From: a virus
Taxonomy: Duplodnaviria > Caudoviricetes
IMG/VR virus record: IMGVR_UViG_3300009703_000024
Location: 1 to 53,170 of that record
Length of the DNA stretch: 53,170 nt
Strand: one strand, 5' to 3'
Numbering within the stretch: the stretch's first letter is position 1; each line of letters begins with the position of its first letter. Made by a program: the position numbers and the translations under genes. The notes under the pieces were generated by a model. That model was given only the letters and a program-made list of their open reading frames with translations, searched no databases and had not been told where the DNA came from. Below, piece by piece: positions 48,148-53,170 of this stretch.

Positions 48148-48624
48148 CTATTCTTGGTCCACAACATCACCGTTTTTGGATGTATCGTTTTCATCTGTGG
48201 GTTGATTAGGTAAGCCAAATGTTTGATTTGGTGTTGGTTGTTGATTATAATAATAATTAGGATTATTTATTTGTTGCATTTGTTGGTCTTTTCTCATTCG
48301 GCGTTCTTGAAGCCGTTGTTGCCCTCGCATCCACTTATCATAGCGGGTTTCTTGAGAAAATTCAGCCCGCATAGCCAGTGAATCACGAATTCCGCCCACA
48401 TGAAACAATACCATAGCCAAACAAAGGAAACCAAAGCAAATTAAACCATATTGTAATCCCATTTCTGCTGGCCCTGCATCTGGTAAATACCAATCTAAAT
48501 GCGATACTGTTACTGCAACGCCTGTCAAAAGGGATTGCCATAGTAACATGGCTATTAAATTAATATCTATTCTATTCTGTTCTTCACCCCACGGTGGTAT
48601 ATTTCTTATTTCTGGTGGTTTCAT
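48148..48624 (-). CDS. Two-TM membrane protein with charged/Gln-rich tail
   Basis: INLIAMLLWQSLLTGVAVTV and LQYGLICFGFLCLAMVLFHV. Start placed at MKPPE after GGAGAGTGA SD. Confidence 0.75.
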   Translation of the reverse strand: MKPPEIRNIPPWGEEQNRIDINLIAMLLWQSLLTGVAVTVSHLDWYLPDAGPAEMGLQYGLICFGFLCLAMVLFHVGGIRDSLAMRAEFSQETRYDKWMRGQQRLQERRMRKDQQMQQINNPNYYYNQQPTPNQTFGLPNQPTDENDTSKNGDVVDQE

Positions 48625-48628
48625 TCTT

Positions 48629-48778
48629 TCACTCTCCTTTTTCATCTATTTCTTTCTTAAGAATAAAATACTGTGCTAAAACATGATTGACAAAAGACGA
48701 CTTAGATTCTCGACCTCTAGCGGCCTCCATTTTAGCGAACAAATCATCCGGCATCACCACAGATACATGCCGGCTCAT
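48629..48778 (-). CDS. Ribbon-helix-helix (CopG/Arc/MetJ-like) regulator, 49 aa; absent from ORF track
   Basis: MSRHVSVVMPDDLFAKMEAARGRESKSSFVNHVLAQYFILKKEIDEKGE: alternating beta strand, helix, turn, SKSSFV helix. Confidence 0.8.
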   Translation of the reverse strand: MSRHVSVVMPDDLFAKMEAARGRESKSSFVNHVLAQYFILKKEIDEKGE

Positions 48779-48788
48779 AGTAAATTGG

Positions 48789-48807
48789 CAATCCTGTTAA
48801 GGTTATC
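48789..48807 (-). promoter_or_regulatory. Promoter/operator of RHH gene (GATAACCTTAACAGGATTG)
   Basis: In the 39-bp gap directly upstream of the RHH ATG; shares ACAGGATTG with 47145..47163. Confidence 0.45.
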
Positions 48808-48817
48808 AAGGTTGTGA

Positions 48818-50005
48818 TTAAAAATCCTTAAAATTGTCATATAGGCCTTGAAGTTCATTTTCTGTCAATCGTGTAGGTTGCATCATAGCCAAACCATGTG
48901 CTACTGCATCAGGGTTATCGTGGTCAAGATAAGAAACGTGGTCTTTATTTCTAAAACACACACGGCATACTGATTCACCAGTAATTGGGTCGGGGTGTGT
49001 ATCACAACCACCACCGAACACAGTCTTAGGACAAGTTACTGCATTTGGTGAATGAACATTGTATGCTGCACTCTTGATACGGGGATGTTGCATTAAATCA
49101 TATAAATCAGTTCCTAAATATTCGGTGCCGGGAACAATATCATCAATAGTCATGGTTCCGGGTAGTGAAACACGAAGCCCCATATTTTCGGGGATGGCAT
49201 CATCTTCCCAACCCCTCGCATCAAGGAATTGTTCAACAAAGGGATATTGTCGGGTATTCATCCATAAATCCATTTTTTCATTGTCGTTCAAACTAGCCAT
49301 CAAATCACTAACCATTGATAGTTCCCCCGGTCCTTGTATGTCACCCGCTGTTTTTGACCTTACTACTGGTTTTTCCCCTCTTGGGGTGACACCCAATGCA
49401 GATGGGTAAATCGTTTCTTGTAATGCCGATTGAACATCTAAAGGTGAATCAAGTAGCATATCCAACATACGCCACCTTGCGTTTTGAGTATCGTTGAATC
49501 TTTCTTTATGGTCACAAGCATAACAATTACCACATGCTGTATTTGGGTCGCCCCGTGTACTATAAGGACAAGCCATAGCAGGTACATCAAGAATGGAATT
49601 TCCCGGCATAGCCGATGGTTTGGCGAAACCACCGTGTGTCTTTATCGCAGCCGGTGTTGATTTCTTACCCCTATAAGGTAAATTAAGTTCTCGTGCGGTT
49701 TCTCGCCACGGAACAACCTCACGACCTTCAAGTGGATATTGAACTAATTTACGGTCTTTACCCCTTCCCAATGCGTCACCGATAATACGAGGGTTACTTT
49801 GAATGAAATCGTGTATCTCCATAGCCCCGCCTCCACCTGTCTCTTTTGTTCCTGATTGCTTACCAGTAGGGTAGCCACCACCATAACGAGGGTCCCAATC
49901 CCACAGTTTTTCCCATTCATCAGGATTATCTGATACGGCCTTTACTAACATTTTCGACAAAGCAGTAGTAAATAACTGCGGTAAATCTTCAATTATTAAT
50001 GTCAA
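48818..50005 (-). CDS. GP88-like (radical-SAM-related) Fe-S protein
   Basis: PAMACP...CGNCYA, VRSKTAGD, WMNTR, PENMGLRVS and C-terminal CP...C...CRVC follow the phage GP88 family pattern. Confidence 0.65.
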   Translation of the reverse strand: MTLIIEDLPQLFTTALSKMLVKAVSDNPDEWEKLWDWDPRYGGGYPTGKQSGTKETGGGGAMEIHDFIQSNPRIIGDALGRGKDRKLVQYPLEGREVVPWRETARELNLPYRGKKSTPAAIKTHGGFAKPSAMPGNSILDVPAMACPYSTRGDPNTACGNCYACDHKERFNDTQNARWRMLDMLLDSPLDVQSALQETIYPSALGVTPRGEKPVVRSKTAGDIQGPGELSMVSDLMASLNDNEKMDLWMNTRQYPFVEQFLDARGWEDDAIPENMGLRVSLPGTMTIDDIVPGTEYLGTDLYDLMQHPRIKSAAYNVHSPNAVTCPKTVFGGGCDTHPDPITGESVCRVCFRNKDHVSYLDHDNPDAVAHGLAMMQPTRLTENELQGLYDNFKDF

Positions 50006-51273
50006 GCCACCCGCCTCCCTGCCCTTCGCCCTAATACTGCATTACCTATACTGCGAGCCGCTAGTGGATTTACTGCATTACCAACAATCTTTTGGGCCTG
50101 TTGATTGTTTAAGCCACTTAAATCATAATCAAGAGGGAAATTACCTAACATCAATATCTCTTCATTCGTCAAGGGTCGGTTCCAAGCATGGGTTGGCCTA
50201 TTGCTGCCAGTAAGTGACGACATGTGCATATCCATAGGTCTAAGTGCAGTTTGGGTTCGTGTCTTACCCCCCCTACTACCGGGGTTTGTTGCTGCTGATT
50301 CGTGTAAATGTGGTTTTGCCAAGTATTCATTATATTTTTGTTGATTTATACTACCATGCACATTTAATAGTTCATCAAGGCGTTCTTTTTTATGGCCCCT
50401 AATTTCTTTTTCCTCTTCTTCAAAATGTGGTAAATAATCCAATACACTATTCCAACCACTGCGGAATGCCCCTTTCGGGCTTTTCTTGGGTCTTTCAATA
50501 TCATTATCATCCCACCCAGTTCCAGTTATGAAGCGGTCACGTTGTTGAGCACTACCCATATCGGCTGCTCTCATTGTTTTGGCTTCCCCTGCCAATTGTT
50601 GCCAACGAGGAGGTGTATTACCAGATATATTACTACTGGTTAATTTCTTAACTGTTGGTACATTTTCCACCGATGAAGTAAAATCCCCTTCCTTGAAACG
50701 TGGCTCTAAAGCATCTATTAACCTATACTGCCAATCTTGAAGCCTCATCGTTTTACCCTCATCTCGCTGGTCGGCTGGTAGTGCGTGGCTTGAATGCACA
50801 CAGGGTGGCGAACCGTGAGCATGTAATGGGCGACCATCTGCTACGCCCTCAATATGGTCGGCTATGGCTTCAACTGACCCTTCATCACCTTCACCTAACA
50901 TAGTTTGCATGGTGGCGGCTTTGGGGAAATTTTGCCTAAAGGCTCTTAGTGGCGCATCTTCCGCTTCAACACCCATAACAGTAGGAATACCTGCCATTTC
51001 AAGACCTAAATCAGCACCACCACCACCCGAAAACAAACTAACAGCCACCACATCATCAACATTTTCAAATTTTGGTTTTTGGTTCATCAAGTCGTGATAA
51101 ACCGAATATATATCTGGATTGTCAAAATCATACCCCTTTTGAATTATATCCCATACAACATCAAAAATATCCCTAGAAGCAGTGAAACTATACCATTCAT
51201 CATCTGCTTCGTTGTATTTTTGAAGCCGAGGACTACCCTTGCGAGAGGCAGTAAGAGAGTAGTCACTCGGCAT
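50002..51273 (-). CDS. DNA (cytosine-5)-methyltransferase
   Basis: Motif I SLFSGGGG, IV GSPPC, VI ENV, VIII QQRDR, IX RPLTNEE...FP, X VGNAV; extra N-terminal segment. Confidence 0.9.
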   Translation of the reverse strand: MPSDYSLTASRKGSPRLQKYNEADDEWYSFTASRDIFDVVWDIIQKGYDFDNPDIYSVYHDLMNQKPKFENVDDVVAVSLFSGGGGADLGLEMAGIPTVMGVEAEDAPLRAFRQNFPKAATMQTMLGEGDEGSVEAIADHIEGVADGRPLHAHGSPPCVHSSHALPADQRDEGKTMRLQDWQYRLIDALEPRFKEGDFTSSVENVPTVKKLTSSNISGNTPPRWQQLAGEAKTMRAADMGSAQQRDRFITGTGWDDNDIERPKKSPKGAFRSGWNSVLDYLPHFEEEEKEIRGHKKERLDELLNVHGSINQQKYNEYLAKPHLHESAATNPGSRGGKTRTQTALRPMDMHMSSLTGSNRPTHAWNRPLTNEEILMLGNFPLDYDLSGLNNQQAQKIVGNAVNPLAARSIGNAVLGRRAGRRVA

Positions 51274-51276
51274 CAA

Positions 51277-51436
51277 ATTAGCCCGAAAGGATGTTTGGCC
51301 TAAAATGTTGGCCTTGATTCCCCCCTTCTGTGTGTCTTTTCACTGTTTTATTTATTAGCCGTAAAAGTATGTTAGGGCTGACAGGAATGAGAGGGTTCTT
51401 AAGGTGTATTGAGTTCGGGGGCGTTAGGAGAGTCAG
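51277..51436. promoter_or_regulatory. Divergent promoter region between MTase and thermosome
   Basis: Strand switch with AT-rich TTTATTTATTA and CTTAAG elements, GGAG SD before the thermosome, and a motif copy at 51371..51389. Confidence 0.5.
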
Positions 51437-53059
51437 ATGATGATACCAAATACCAATGGGCCGATATTTATTATGAAAGAGGGGACCGAAAGAAATCAAG
51501 GGAGAGCCGCCCAGTCTAACAACATTGCCGCCGCTAAAGCAGTGGCCGATGCTATTAGAACTACTTTAGGGCCAAAGGGAATGGATAAAATGCTCGTGGA
51601 TGAGGGTGGTGATGTAATCATCACAAACGATGGGGCCACTATTCTTCGTGAAATGGATATTGAACACCCTGCTGCTAAAATGATTATTGAAGTTGCTAAA
51701 ACCCAAGAACAGGAATGTTATGATGGAACAACCACAGCGGTTATTCTAGCAGGTGAACTACTCAAAAAATCAGAAGAATTGGTTGAGCAAAATATTCACC
51801 CTACTGTTATTTGCAGTGCGTTCCGTAAATGTGGAGACCAGATACAGACAACTCTTGATGATTTAACAATGAGTGATATTGACTATCTCAATATAGCAAA
51901 AACCGCATTAACTGGAAAATCCGCAGATTCAATAAAAACATTTCTAGGTCAAATATGTGTCGATGTTGTTGCAGCCTTAGATAACAATAGCCGTACTACC
52001 CAACTGAAAGGTTCCGTGGATTTGGATTTGGTAAATGTAGTGAAGGCGATTGGTGGTGAAGTTCAAGATAGTACAATGTATGATGGTATTATCCTACCAA
52101 AAGAACGATGTCATAGTGGTATGCCCCACCGTGTTAATACACCTAATATTTTAATAACAAATTCCCCCATTGAAGTAAAAACTACCGAAATGGATGCCAG
52201 CATACAAATCACCGACCCCAACCAAATTACAGCCTTTCTCGAACAGGAAGAGAAACAAATCAAGGATATTGTTAATTTAATTGTGAGTAAAGGTATCAAT
52301 GTGGTGGTGTGTCAAAAGGAAATCGATGATTTAGCAAAACACTATTTTGCTAAAGTAAATATATTAGCAATTGAAAAAGTTAAGAAATCTGACATTGATG
52401 CCCTTTCATTAAGCACTGGTGCTAAAATAGTGACTAATTTAGATGATTTGAAGGATGATGATTCTGATTATGATTTAGGCCAATGTTACGGTGCAGTAGA
52501 GGAAAAGAAAGTTGGTGAAATGCCTATGATATTTTTTGACGACCCTGTATGTGGTGCAGTAACCCTATTACTTCGTGGTGGCACAGTGCCATTCGTTGAA
52601 GAAATCGAAAGGGCATTTGACGATGCAGTGGGTGTTGTGGCGGTGGCTTGGGCTGACAATACAATAGTTACTGGTGGTGGTTCCACATTCCTCGCTCTTT
52701 CCGGTGCATTGCACAAATTAAGTAAAGAGAACAGTAATGGCAGGGAAAGAATGGCTATTGAAGCATTTGCCGATGCTTTAGAAATTGTACCACGCACCTT
52801 GATAGAGAATGCGGGTTTGGACCCAGTGGATGAAATGGCTACTTTGCGTAATATCCACCGTAATAAAAAGCCAACCAAAGAATATACCCCTACTCATTAT
52901 GGGGTAAATGTCGAAGGTGGTGTTATGGATATGGCAGAAGCGGGTATTTGCGAACCACGCCGTGTTGTTGAACAGGCCATTAAGTCGGCCATTGAAACTG
53001 CTACTATGATTTTGCGTATTGATGATGTAATTTCATCACGAAAGGCTGGGCCTCAATAA
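51437..53059 (+). CDS. ths: Group II chaperonin (thermosome subunit)
   Basis: [37 protein letters not shown] and ILRIDD motifs; 540 aa. Confidence 0.97.
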   Translation: MMIPNTNGPIFIMKEGTERNQGRAAQSNNIAAAKAVADAIRTTLGPKGMDKMLVDEGGDVIITNDGATILREMDIEHPAAKMIIEVAKTQEQECYDGTTTAVILAGELLKKSEELVEQNIHPTVICSAFRKCGDQIQTTLDDLTMSDIDYLNIAKTALTGKSADSIKTFLGQICVDVVAALDNNSRTTQLKGSVDLDLVNVVKAIGGEVQDSTMYDGIILPKERCHSGMPHRVNTPNILITNSPIEVKTTEMDASIQITDPNQITAFLEQEEKQIKDIVNLIVSKGINVVVCQKEIDDLAKHYFAKVNILAIEKVKKSDIDALSLSTGAKIVTNLDDLKDDDSDYDLGQCYGAVEEKKVGEMPMIFFDDPVCGAVTLLLRGGTVPFVEEIERAFDDAVGVVAVAWADNTIVTGGGSTFLALSGALHKLSKENSNGRERMAIEAFADALEIVPRTLIENAGLDPVDEMATLRNIHRNKKPTKEYTPTHYGVNVEGGVMDMAEAGICEPRRVVEQAIKSAIETATMILRIDDVISSRKAGPQ

Positions 53060-53170
53060 TTATCGTGTTGCCAACCTTCACCAAGTAGGCCAGCGGCTAT
53101 ACGCCGTCTAATGAAATCATCTTCATTTGTATCTGCCAGAATCTCATCCATAGCAGGGCGGTTGCGTAAA
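53053..53170 (-). CDS. 3' end of a convergent hypothetical gene (partial)
   Basis: Open frame [38 protein letters not shown] whose stop overlaps the thermosome end. Confidence 0.5.
   Translation of the reverse strand, partial: LRNRPAMDEILADTNEDDFIRRRIAAGLLGEGWQHDNY

Larger units (their letters stand above)
1..53170. mobile_element. Fragment of a tailed archaeal virus genome (Caudoviricetes; probably a magrovirus infecting Poseidoniales/MGII)
   Basis: Complete head-tail morphogenesis block (TerL, portal, protease, MCP, adaptor, tail tube, tape measure) next to a group II chaperonin. Archaeal SD-like motifs (GGAGATGAT, GAGGTGA, GGGTGAT) precede many starts. No integrase, att site or run of host housekeeping genes is seen. 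Taxon is an inference. Confidence 0.85.

Noticed and set aside
51278-51499. 73-aa minus-strand ORF in the divergent region
   Set aside because: Overlaps the thermosome start and the promoter region; no motif or SD support.
51437-53170. Thermosome as host DNA marking a provirus boundary
   Set aside because: No integrase or att site is seen, it shows the same apparent GATC/AGCT avoidance as the rest, and viral thermosomes are known.
1-53170. tRNA, rRNA or structured ncRNA genes
   Set aside because: Intergenic gaps are short (160 bp or less) and no cloverleaf or T-loop signature was seen by eye; a tRNAscan-SE/Infernal run would be needed to exclude them.

Overview
This window is best read as part of a large tailed (HK97-fold, siphovirus-like) archaeal virus genome, most consistent with a marine Poseidoniales (MGII) virus or 'magrovirus'. 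That assignment is inferred from gene content and order, GGTGA/GGAG-type archaeal ribosome-binding sites, TATA-like promoters and a group II chaperonin; no database search was run. Almost all genes lie on the minus strand. In transcription order (right to left) they are: C5 DNA methyltransferase; GP88-like Fe-S protein; a small ribbon-helix-helix regulator missed by the ORF track; a membrane-protein cluster around an Arf/Ras-like small GTPase; putative small terminase; small Cys-rich and large Pro/Gln-rich genes sharing an 'AFxxGWSVVK'-like tag; large terminase; a degenerate LAGLIDADG protein; portal; a large protein with a degenerate ATP-dependent ligase domain; prohead protease/scaffold; major capsid protein; adaptor; tail tube; tail chaperones with a -1 frameshift heptamer; tape measure; and very large tail-tip proteins, the last running off the window. 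The thermosome is the only clear plus-strand gene. The strongest candidates for an undescribed system are (1) the Arf-like GTPase/membrane operon and (2) a shared peptide tag plus 25-bp direct repeats suggesting a cassette of virion-packaged cargo proteins.
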